DNA from: an uncultured bacterium
GTDB lineage: Bacteria > Desulfobacterota_D > UBA1144 > Nemesobacterales > UBA2774
NCBI GenBank assembly: GCA_963705505.1
Contig: CAVPJU010000006.1
Coordinates: 332,446-396,445, forward strand
Reading direction: 5' to 3'
DNA length: 64,000 nucleotides
Shown: one piece after another, positions 57,103-64,000 of the stretch
Position numbering within the stretch: the stretch's first letter is position 1
Layout of the letters: the number at the start of each line of letters is the position of its first letter
The notes under the pieces: model-generated
The model's input: the letters and a program-made list of their open reading frames with translations, nothing else
Database searches by the model: none
What the model was told of the DNA's origin: nothing
Made by a program: the position numbers and the translations under genes

Positions 57103-57691
57103 CCTTTCCGAAAAATTCCGCGATCCCTAGTTTTCTCAAGGCTTCGAGAAGCTCCGCGACGGGAAGTCCGACTACATTCGAGTACGAGCCTTCGATCCCC
57201 GTGACCATGAACGAGCCTATCCCCTGTATCCCGTAAGCTCCGGCTTTATCCATGGGCTCTCCGGTCTTAATGTAACCTTCTATTTCGGAAGCCGCAAGGG
57301 GTTTCACACGGACCTTCGTATCCACGATCTCCCTGTGAAGGAGCTCGTTTTTCGGCCTTACGATGGAAAAAGCCGTGTACACATGATGCTCTTTTCCCGA
57401 AAGCTTGCCGAGCATTGCGGCGGCCTCTTCAGCATCGGAGGGCTTGCCGAGAATCTCTCCGTCCACAACGACGATCGTATCGGCCCCTATGACGATTCCG
57501 CCGTTTTCGAGACTCATGGAAACGGACGAGGCTTTTTCCGCCGAAATTCTGAGAGCGAACTCCAGAGGAGATTCATTGTCCACGGGAGTTTCGTCCGAAC
57601 GGGGATGTATTACTTCGAACTCGATCCCGAGTGTGGCCAAAAGCTCCTTCCGCCTCGGGGACGAAGATGCGAGCACTATTTTATAACTCAT
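57086..57691 (-). CDS. maf: Maf-like nucleoside-triphosphate pyrophosphatase
   Basis: MSYKIVLASSSPRRKELLATLGIEFEVI.... Confidence 0.85.
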   Translation of the reverse strand: MSYKIVLASSSPRRKELLATLGIEFEVIHPRSDETPVDNESPLEFALRISAEKASSVSMSLENGGIVIGADTIVVVDGEILGKPSDAEEAAAMLGKLSGKEHHVYTAFSIVRPKNELLHREIVDTKVRVKPLAASEIEGYIKTGEPMDKAGAYGIQGIGSFMVTGIEGSYSNVVGLPVAELLEALRKLGIAEFFGKDGFTR

Positions 57692-57792
57692 ATTTTCCAA
57701 TTACCCGGGCGAATCGGAAACTCGCGAAACCAAGAACATCTCGGGTCCTTCAAAAACGACCGGTTCCCGGTACACGGCGGCTTAACCGGTAA

Positions 57793-58368
57793 TTAGTAGT
57801 AATTCAGATCGCTGTCGATCCAGTATTTTTCCGCGCCGACATTCGTGCGGAGAGCGATACCCTGCTTGGTGAGCTGATAAATAATTATATCCGAATCGAA
57901 GGGCACCGAACCGCTGGCGGCCGCACCCTGCGTCTTGGATTTCAACACGGCATCGCCCTGGACGCCGAAATCCCAGCCCTTGCTTATAAACTGCCTGAGG
58001 ACGCTCTTGTTGTTGAAAATTATCAGTTCCCTGAAATCCGTAAGGGCCACTCCGAGTCCTACCCCGCCGCCGGCCATCCTCATGAAGGTCGTTTTCCCGT
58101 TTGCATTGTCGGTTATTACTCCGTAGCCGTTCCCCGAGCCGATGATAAGAAGCTGCGTGTTAATGTTGCTGAAGACGCCGTACCCGGCCGAGTGCTCGAC
58201 TAAGTCCTTTACATACGGGTTTCTACTGTAAATCTCGGCAAGCGTATTGTCCCTCATCTGGAGCACATAGGCCCTTTTCGACTGAGGGCTATAGCCCTGG
58301 GGCTTCGCGCACCCGTAAAATGACAGCAGAGAGAAAAGAAGGGAAAACAACAGCAGGCTTGTTCTCAT
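57793..58368 (-). CDS. SYLF (Ysc84-like, DUF500) domain lipoprotein
   Basis: Lipobox LSFYGCA. ...AGYGVFSNINTQLLIIGSGNGYGVITDNANGKTTFMRMAGGGVGLGV...DFGVQGDAV... is typical SYLF. Confidence 0.65.
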   Translation of the reverse strand: MRTSLLLFSLLFSLLSFYGCAKPQGYSPQSKRAYVLQMRDNTLAEIYSRNPYVKDLVEHSAGYGVFSNINTQLLIIGSGNGYGVITDNANGKTTFMRMAGGGVGLGVALTDFRELIIFNNKSVLRQFISKGWDFGVQGDAVLKSKTQGAAASGSVPFDSDIIIYQLTKQGIALRTNVGAEKYWIDSDLNYY

Positions 58369-58595
58369 ATATATCTCCTCATCCGGAAATTTTTAATATT
58401 CGTTCTCAAAAAACCGTGCTCATGAATTACTTATATTAACTTATTTTTATCAGTCCCATAACAATTTGATGCCGGCGCTGATAAATCAGGCAACTATTAT
58501 ATCATGCACTCTGGCAATCCCGGAAAAAGCTACATATAATGTCTTCGTTTTTAAAAACGCATAAATCAAATTCAATCTAAAAGCGCCGTACCTCC

Positions 58596-59966
58596 ATGAA
58601 TCCCGGTAAAAAGAGCGGAATCGTGTTCCTGACTTCGGCCATAGCAGCGCTCGCAGGCCTGCTCCTGGGTTATGACACGGGGTCTATAAGCGGTGCGCTG
58701 GGTTTTATCTCGGACGCGTTCCGTCTAGACACGGTGGGGAAAGGGAGCGTCATCGCCGTGGTACTGATAGGGGGTATCCTGGGAGCGCTCATAAACGGCT
58801 TACTCGCGGACAGATTCGGAAGGAAGATAATGGTGCAGGGCGCTGCTCTGCTCTTCATCGCGGGAGCGGCCGCATCCGCCTTGTCTCATTCAGCCGGAAC
58901 CCTACTCGCCTCGAGGTTTATGCTCGGGCTCGCGCTCGGAGCGGTTTCGGCATCGGCTCCGCTTTATATCGCGGAAATCTCCCCCGCAGCCGGGAGGGGA
59001 AGACAGGTTACGTATTTTCAGCTCGCCATAACGATAGGGATACTGCTCGGCTATTTCGTCGACAGGACGTTCACAGGCTCCGGGAACTGGAGGCTCATGC
59101 TGGGGACGAGCGCAGTCCCGGCGGCAGTACTGTTTTTCGGAATGTTCATACTGCCGCACAGCCCCAGGTGGCTCATCAAAATGGGTAAGGACCGGGAAGC
59201 GAAAGAGATACTTTTGAAAACATGCGGAGGGGACTCGTCTCTGGCGGATGCGGAATTGAACGAGATACGGAAGGTCATATCCATGGAATCGAAAGGCGGG
59301 TTCACCGATATGCTGAGACCCCCCGTGAGCCGGGCGCTCGTCACGGGCATAGGACTTTTTCTGATTCAGCAGTGGGTCGGCATAAATACAGTCATGTACT
59401 ATGCGCCTTCCCTGTTCAGGGAAGCGGGTATGAAATCCGCGGATGCGGCTATTCTCGCTACGGTCAGTGTGGGCGTCGTGAACGTGCTCGCGACCTTCAT
59501 TGCCGTATGGCTCATAGACAGAGCGGGGAGGAAGCCTCTCCTCTACGCCGGGCTGGGAGGGATGCTGATTTCCCTGACCGCGATCGGGTCGATATTCGCG
59601 CTCCGGGATTCGGGCGCAGGTCTCGAGATAGGCAGGGCTACGGTGATCGCCGTATGGTTTTACATAGCCTGCTTCGCTTTTTCGACGGGACCGATCCCCT
59701 GGATTATAATGACTGAAATTTTCCCGCTGAACGTGAGAGGAAGGGCCGTGAGTATCGCCACGATGTCGAGCTGGGGAGCGAACCTGGTAGTATCTTTTTC
59801 TTTCCTGCCCCTGCTGGAAGCTGTCGGAGCTTCCTATACGTACTGGCTATATGCGCTCGTGAGCCTGGGAGGGATCATATTCGTGCGGCGCCTGGTGCCC
59901 GAAACAAAGGGAATGACCCTCGAAGAGATCGAGGAAAAGCTCCTGGCGGAAAACAAGCGCCCGTAA
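58596..59966 (+). CDS. MFS transporter, sugar-porter family (sugar:H+ symporter)
   Basis: GRKIMVQGA, ...PHSPRWL... and PETKG motifs; 12 TM. Confidence 0.85.
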   Translation: MNPGKKSGIVFLTSAIAALAGLLLGYDTGSISGALGFISDAFRLDTVGKGSVIAVVLIGGILGALINGLLADRFGRKIMVQGAALLFIAGAAASALSHSAGTLLASRFMLGLALGAVSASAPLYIAEISPAAGRGRQVTYFQLAITIGILLGYFVDRTFTGSGNWRLMLGTSAVPAAVLFFGMFILPHSPRWLIKMGKDREAKEILLKTCGGDSSLADAELNEIRKVISMESKGGFTDMLRPPVSRALVTGIGLFLIQQWVGINTVMYYAPSLFREAGMKSADAAILATVSVGVVNVLATFIAVWLIDRAGRKPLLYAGLGGMLISLTAIGSIFALRDSGAGLEIGRATVIAVWFYIACFAFSTGPIPWIIMTEIFPLNVRGRAVSIATMSSWGANLVVSFSFLPLLEAVGASYTYWLYALVSLGGIIFVRRLVPETKGMTLEEIEEKLLAENKRP

Positions 59967-60006
59967 TAACCGCATTATATATTGAAGGGGGATTGATTTG
60001 CCGGAC

Positions 60007-60393
60007 TCAGGATTTGCCGTCCAGCTCCTGAAATACCTCTTTCGCTAACCTTAGCCCGTTGAGGGCGGCGGGAAAGCCCGCATAGACGAGAACCTGTATA
60101 ATCACCTCCACGACCTCTTCCCTCGAGCACCCGCAATTAAGCGCGCCCTTGATATGTATCTTGAGCTGATTTGGCGCAGTCCCGAGGGCGGTAAGGGCGG
60201 CGACGGCTGTAATCTCGCGGGACTTCATATCGAGACCCGGACGCGATGCTATCTCTCCGAAGACAAATTCCATCATATAGCGCACCATGTCGGGCGCTAT
60301 ATCGTTCAGGCTTTCAGCTGTTCTCTTTGAAGCCCCCGGAGATATCTCTTCGAGTTTTTCCACTCCCCGCTTATATTTATCGTCCGACATCAT
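60007..60393 (-). CDS. Carboxymuconolactone decarboxylase (CMD/AhpD-like) family protein
   Basis: ...REITAVAALTALGTAPNQLKIHIKGALNCGCSREEVVEVIIQVLVYAGFPAALNGL.... Confidence 0.75.
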   Translation of the reverse strand: MMSDDKYKRGVEKLEEISPGASKRTAESLNDIAPDMVRYMMEFVFGEIASRPGLDMKSREITAVAALTALGTAPNQLKIHIKGALNCGCSREEVVEVIIQVLVYAGFPAALNGLRLAKEVFQELDGKS

Positions 60394-60484
60394 ATTTCTC
60401 CCGAATCCCTTTTAAGTACGCTTGAAAAGATTCCGAGCAAAGCCTATACTACGATTTTTCATCAACTTTGTAAAGGGGAAAACC

Positions 60485-60787
60485 GTGCTAATACTGATCG
60501 CGAAATTCAGAACCAAGCCCGAGTGCCGGCAGCAGATGATAGTGATGTCACAGGGGATGCTGGGGCCTTCGAGAAGCGAGGAGGGGTGTATCGTTTACGA
60601 ATTCCTCCAGGACCCATTCGACCCCGATTCATTCACCTTTTATGAGAGATGGAGGAGTCAAAAGGACCTCGACCTCCATTTTGAAAAGCCCTACTTCGAA
60701 GATTTCGCTTCAATATTCCCCGAGCTCATAGAGGGGACTGAAAGCATCGTTACATACGAGGTCACGGGGGAGAGCGTTTTAGCTTAA
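60485..60787 (+). CDS. ABM-domain (antibiotic-biosynthesis-monooxygenase / quinol-monooxygenase YgiN-like) protein
   Basis: GTG start. ...LIAKFRTKPECRQQM...EGCIVYEFLQDPFDPDSFTFYERWRSQKDLDLHFEKPYFEDF.... Confidence 0.6.
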   Translation: MLILIAKFRTKPECRQQMIVMSQGMLGPSRSEEGCIVYEFLQDPFDPDSFTFYERWRSQKDLDLHFEKPYFEDFASIFPELIEGTESIVTYEVTGESVLA

Positions 60788-60834
60788 TCATTCCCGATTG
60801 GACAGGCCCGGGCCCATACTTTAAGATAAGACCC

Positions 60835-62445
60835 ATGCGCTGCAGGTATTTTCTGATAATCCTCTGTCTTTCTCTGATAACGGCATGCGGAAATAACGGT
60901 AAGACCGGCACGGGCGCAAGAGACACGATCAACGTAAACCTCGGAAACGAGCCACCTTCGCTCGACTGGTCGCTCGCCACGGACAGCACGTCCGTTACGG
61001 TCATCAATAACATAATGGAGGGGCTGACAAAGTTCAGCGACGATTTCACACCGGAGCCCGACCTCGCGGAAAGCTGGCAGATCAGCGGGGACGGGAAGAC
61101 GTATACGTTTAAGATCAGGGAAGGGGTCAAGTGGACGGACGGCAAACCGCTCACAGCGGGGGATTTCGAATATTCATGGAAGCGGATTCTGAACCCGGAA
61201 ACGGGCGGGGACTACGCCTATTCCCTCTACGATGTCGAGAACGCGGAGGAATATAATACGGGCAAGATAAAGGACCCGGAGCAGGTCGGCGTAAAAGCGC
61301 TCGACGATAAAACCCTTCAGGTAAAACTAAGGAGGCCGGCGGCGTATTTCCCCAGCATGCTCGCATTCATTACTACATTCCCAGAGAGGAAGGACGTCAT
61401 AGAGAAACACGGGCTCGAATGGACTGAGCCCGAGAACATCGTTACGCTGGGCCCTTACAAGCTCACCTCGTGGAAGCACCACGACAGCATAATTCTCACC
61501 AAGAACCCCTCGTACTGGGGGGAGAAGCCTAAGATCGATAAAGTCAGACTCATCATGAACGAAAACCCGTCGTCCGCCCTTGCCCAGTATGAAAGCGGCG
61601 AGCTCGACTATGCGGACAGCAAGAGCATACCGCCCCTCGAAGTGCCGAGGTTAAAAGACCTCCCGGATTTTACGACGACGCTTCAGTTCAGAGGGAACTA
61701 CATAGCTTTTAACGTGCAGAAGCCTCCTTTCGACAACCCTCTCGTGAGAAAGGCTTTCGCCGCGTCCATAGACAGGAAGAGCATAGTGGACCTTATTCAG
61801 GGAGCGGGGATCATGACAAAATCCTGGATACCCAAGAATATGCTCGGCTACAACCCGGACATAGGGATCGACTTTAACCCCGAGCAGGCGAGGGAGTGGC
61901 TAAAGGAAGCCGGATACCCGGGCGGGAAAGGGTTCCCGGCTGTGACGTTCCTCTGGCCCGACGTGAGCAACAACAGGGTAATCGCGGAGGCGCTTCAGAG
62001 CATGTGGAAGGAGTATCTGGGAGTCGAGGTCGAGCTTATGAACCAGGAATGGAAGGTGTACCTGAGCACTATAAATACGGACCCTCCGGAGATCCACAGG
62101 GCCGGCTGGGGGGCCGATTTCCCCGACCCGCACAACTTCATGTCGCTATTCACATGCTCGTCAGGGAACAACAGGACGAGGTGGTGCAACAGGGAATACG
62201 ACGCTCTGGTAGAGAAAGCTGCGCAGGAGCTCGACCCCGGAAAGAGGAAGGCGCTTTACGACCAGGCGCAAAAGATACTTTTGGAAACCGACACGCCCAT
62301 AGCGCCCTTTTATATATCGAACCAGCAGAACATGATAAAGCCCTATGTAAAAGGGCTTAAGCCGAACCCGCTCGACCTTGTTATATACAAGTACGTGTAT
62401 TTCGAGGACGGCGGAGCGAAGGACACGAACGAGTCGGCGAACTAG
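60835..62445 (+). CDS. ABC transporter substrate-binding protein, family 5 (peptide/nickel/opine; OppA/DppA/NikA-like), lipoprotein
   Basis: Lipobox LSLITAC; 536-aa SBP_bac_5 architecture (...TFKIREGVKWTDGKPLTAGDFEYSWKRI...). Confidence 0.85.
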   Translation: MRCRYFLIILCLSLITACGNNGKTGTGARDTINVNLGNEPPSLDWSLATDSTSVTVINNIMEGLTKFSDDFTPEPDLAESWQISGDGKTYTFKIREGVKWTDGKPLTAGDFEYSWKRILNPETGGDYAYSLYDVENAEEYNTGKIKDPEQVGVKALDDKTLQVKLRRPAAYFPSMLAFITTFPERKDVIEKHGLEWTEPENIVTLGPYKLTSWKHHDSIILTKNPSYWGEKPKIDKVRLIMNENPSSALAQYESGELDYADSKSIPPLEVPRLKDLPDFTTTLQFRGNYIAFNVQKPPFDNPLVRKAFAASIDRKSIVDLIQGAGIMTKSWIPKNMLGYNPDIGIDFNPEQAREWLKEAGYPGGKGFPAVTFLWPDVSNNRVIAEALQSMWKEYLGVEVELMNQEWKVYLSTINTDPPEIHRAGWGADFPDPHNFMSLFTCSSGNNRTRWCNREYDALVEKAAQELDPGKRKALYDQAQKILLETDTPIAPFYISNQQNMIKPYVKGLKPNPLDLVIYKYVYFEDGGAKDTNESAN

Positions 62446-62584
62446 GTTAATCCCACACGGAAAAGAAAGATTACCCCCACCTTTATCCTGATTTGGATTA
62501 AGCAGCATTGAGCCGGGAGCTAAGATGCTTTGGTGCTTTTGATTGTTCCTACCGTGGAGAGGGAAGTAAAAAAGAAGAAAAACT

Positions 62585-62812
62585 AAATCCTCCCTAGCCC
62601 TCCTTTTTCTAAGGAGGGGATTAAAAAGAAAAGCGAAAGAAAGCATTTCTCGCGTGCGCTCGAAATGACAGGATTGGTTAAGCGGAGGAGTAATGCAGAA
62701 ATCGTATATGAACACACATTGTGTGGATTCCCGATAAAAGCATTCGGGAATGACAAAAGGAGAAAATCCACCCTGACCCTCCTTTACAAAAGGAGGGAAT
62801 GTAAAGAAAAAG
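62585..62812. repeat. Two direct copies (about 80% identical, about 50 bp) of a hairpin-forming repeat (stem CCCTCCTT(T)/(A)AAGGAGGG) flanking about 130 bp that contains shorter sub-repeats and a 14-codon ORF with a strong SD
   Basis: Copy 1 is about 62585-62633 (hairpin 62598-62618). Copy 2 is about 62764-62812 (hairpin 62777-62797). The internal sub-repeats are AAAGCATT...GAATGACA. A small ORF ATG at 62693 follows GGAGGAG. Confidence 0.5.
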
Positions 62813-62889
62813 ATGAGATTTCGCGGCTCTTATAAGCAGGCGCTAAGATATGGAAATCTTACGCATAAACCTCTATTGCCGTAAAAGGA

Positions 62890-63942
62890 TCAGCCTTTGA
62901 AATATGGGATGATGTCTTTTGCATAAGACTTGAGAGCCTTCTCGGGGTCGGGGCTGAATCTATAGAAAAGCACGAAATGCCTTACGCCCTTGCTAATATA
63001 TTTCTCGATCTTCTTTATGCAATCCTTCACAGATCCTGTAATTGTAAAATCTATAATGGCTTCCCTAGGGAAGAACTGTCCTATCTGCCTGAACTTCTGC
63101 CTGCCCGCCTCGTCCTGAGGGATGACGTTGAAATAATTAAGACCCTGGTATTCCTCGGGGATCTTTACATCGTATCCGGCTTTCTGAAGCTGATCCTGCA
63201 TCACGAGCACGTATTTAAAGGGCTCGAGCGTCTTATAGGCCTCGTCCTCGTTCTTACCGAGGGACGTAAACACCCAGAGAGCCGGGTCGATTTCTTTCAT
63301 CTTGCGCCCCGCGTCCTTTGCGCTCTCCTTTATCACACCGAGATACTCGGCGTAGAGCTTCGGGTTTAAGTCTATCGGCAGCCATCCGTCGCCTAATTCG
63401 CCGACGAGCTTCAACCCTTTCGGAGTATGTGTAGCTAAATAGGTCGGAATCCTGTTCCTCTTGTAGGGCTTGACCTGTAAGAAGGCGCCCTTCATCTCGA
63501 AGAACTCGCCCTTATAATCGACGGGCCCTTCGGCGGCCCATAATTTCTGCATCACCTGCATCGATTCCCTGAGTCTCGTAAGCGGCTTATTCCATTTTAT
63601 CCCGTAAGCGTCGAGGTTCATGGACTCGCCCACGCCCAGTGTCAATGTAACCCTGCCTTTCGATAGGTGGTCTATGGAAGCAAGGCGCTGTGCGAAAACA
63701 GCGGGGTGCATCCTGTGAGGGTCGGATACCGTGCCGAGGCTGATGTTTTTCGTCATCATTGCGGCTGCGGTAGCTATTGTCCACGCCTCATGCGCTTCCG
63801 TAGGGGAAACAAAAACCACATGGTCGGGATACCAGACAGTATCGAATCCGAGCTTGTCGGCCATTACCGAAAACTTGAGTAGACCATCCATATCAGCCCC
63901 GGGCATAGGGGCGGAAAGTCCGAATTTTATCTCTTTAGCCAT
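62890..63942 (-). CDS. LLM-class (luciferase-like) F420-dependent oxidoreductase
   Basis: MAKEIKFGLSAPMPG...FDTVWYPDHVVF...GRVTLTLGVGES... is a TIM-barrel LLM family, subclass typical of F420-dependent reductases. Confidence 0.75.
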   Translation of the reverse strand: MAKEIKFGLSAPMPGADMDGLLKFSVMADKLGFDTVWYPDHVVFVSPTEAHEAWTIATAAAMMTKNISLGTVSDPHRMHPAVFAQRLASIDHLSKGRVTLTLGVGESMNLDAYGIKWNKPLTRLRESMQVMQKLWAAEGPVDYKGEFFEMKGAFLQVKPYKRNRIPTYLATHTPKGLKLVGELGDGWLPIDLNPKLYAEYLGVIKESAKDAGRKMKEIDPALWVFTSLGKNEDEAYKTLEPFKYVLVMQDQLQKAGYDVKIPEEYQGLNYFNVIPQDEAGRQKFRQIGQFFPREAIIDFTITGSVKDCIKKIEKYISKGVRHFVLFYRFSPDPEKALKSYAKDIIPYFKG

Positions 63943-64000
63943 TTTTTACACCTCGCTTAAGATTGTGCTTTTCATTATAAACCGAAGAGAACGAAAAACA

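Overview
This window is a gene-dense chromosomal stretch of about 60 genes from a diderm (Gram-negative-type) bacterium. The diderm call rests on DegP, OmpA-like and porin genes, a LolD/MacB-type ABC transporter, and lipoprotein lipoboxes. The organism uses cofactor F420: the window carries an F420-dependent NADP reductase (Fno-like), an LLM-class oxidoreductase and a PPOX-class enzyme. Most of the window is core housekeeping. This includes a partial sigma-70, tRNA-Leu(CAG), prs-rplY-pth, an H+-pyrophosphatase, rpsF-rpsR-rplI, thi4, ridA-degP, clpS-clpA, a TetR + acyl-CoA dehydrogenase pair, tag, a DEAD-box helicase, acs, uppP, uvrA and the yggS-proC-yggT-yggU-maf block. The most accessory-like segment is a metal-homeostasis island at roughly 28.8-40.0 kb. 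It begins with a Fur-family regulator that has a consensus promoter and a palindromic operator over its -10 box. This is followed by a CbiMQO Co/Ni ECF transporter, a porin with an N-terminal coiled coil, a ZnuA/C/B Zn/Mn ABC system, an SNase-like nuclease lipoprotein, and a four-gene module. That module comprises a MacB-type ABC ATPase, an FtsX permease, a His-rich periplasmic protein and a DUF3299 protein. From memory it resembles the Zur-regulated ZrgABCDE / PA4063-PA4066 type of alternative metal importer. Every frameshift I could detect in the window falls inside this island, in cbiM (read by eye), cbiQ, znuA and znuB, while the neighbouring ATPase, porin and regulator genes are intact. 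Other observations are an archaemetzincin-like protein lacking HEXXH, a beta-CASP hydrolase lacking HxHxDH, direct repeats upstream of htrA, a hairpin-repeat region with a small ORF between convergent genes, and a possible unannotated His/Cys-rich small protein between cbiO and the porin. No CRISPR array, transposase, integrase or prophage genes were seen. My counting of homopolymer lengths is unreliable, so exact indel positions are approximate. Frame assignments follow the provided ORF track.
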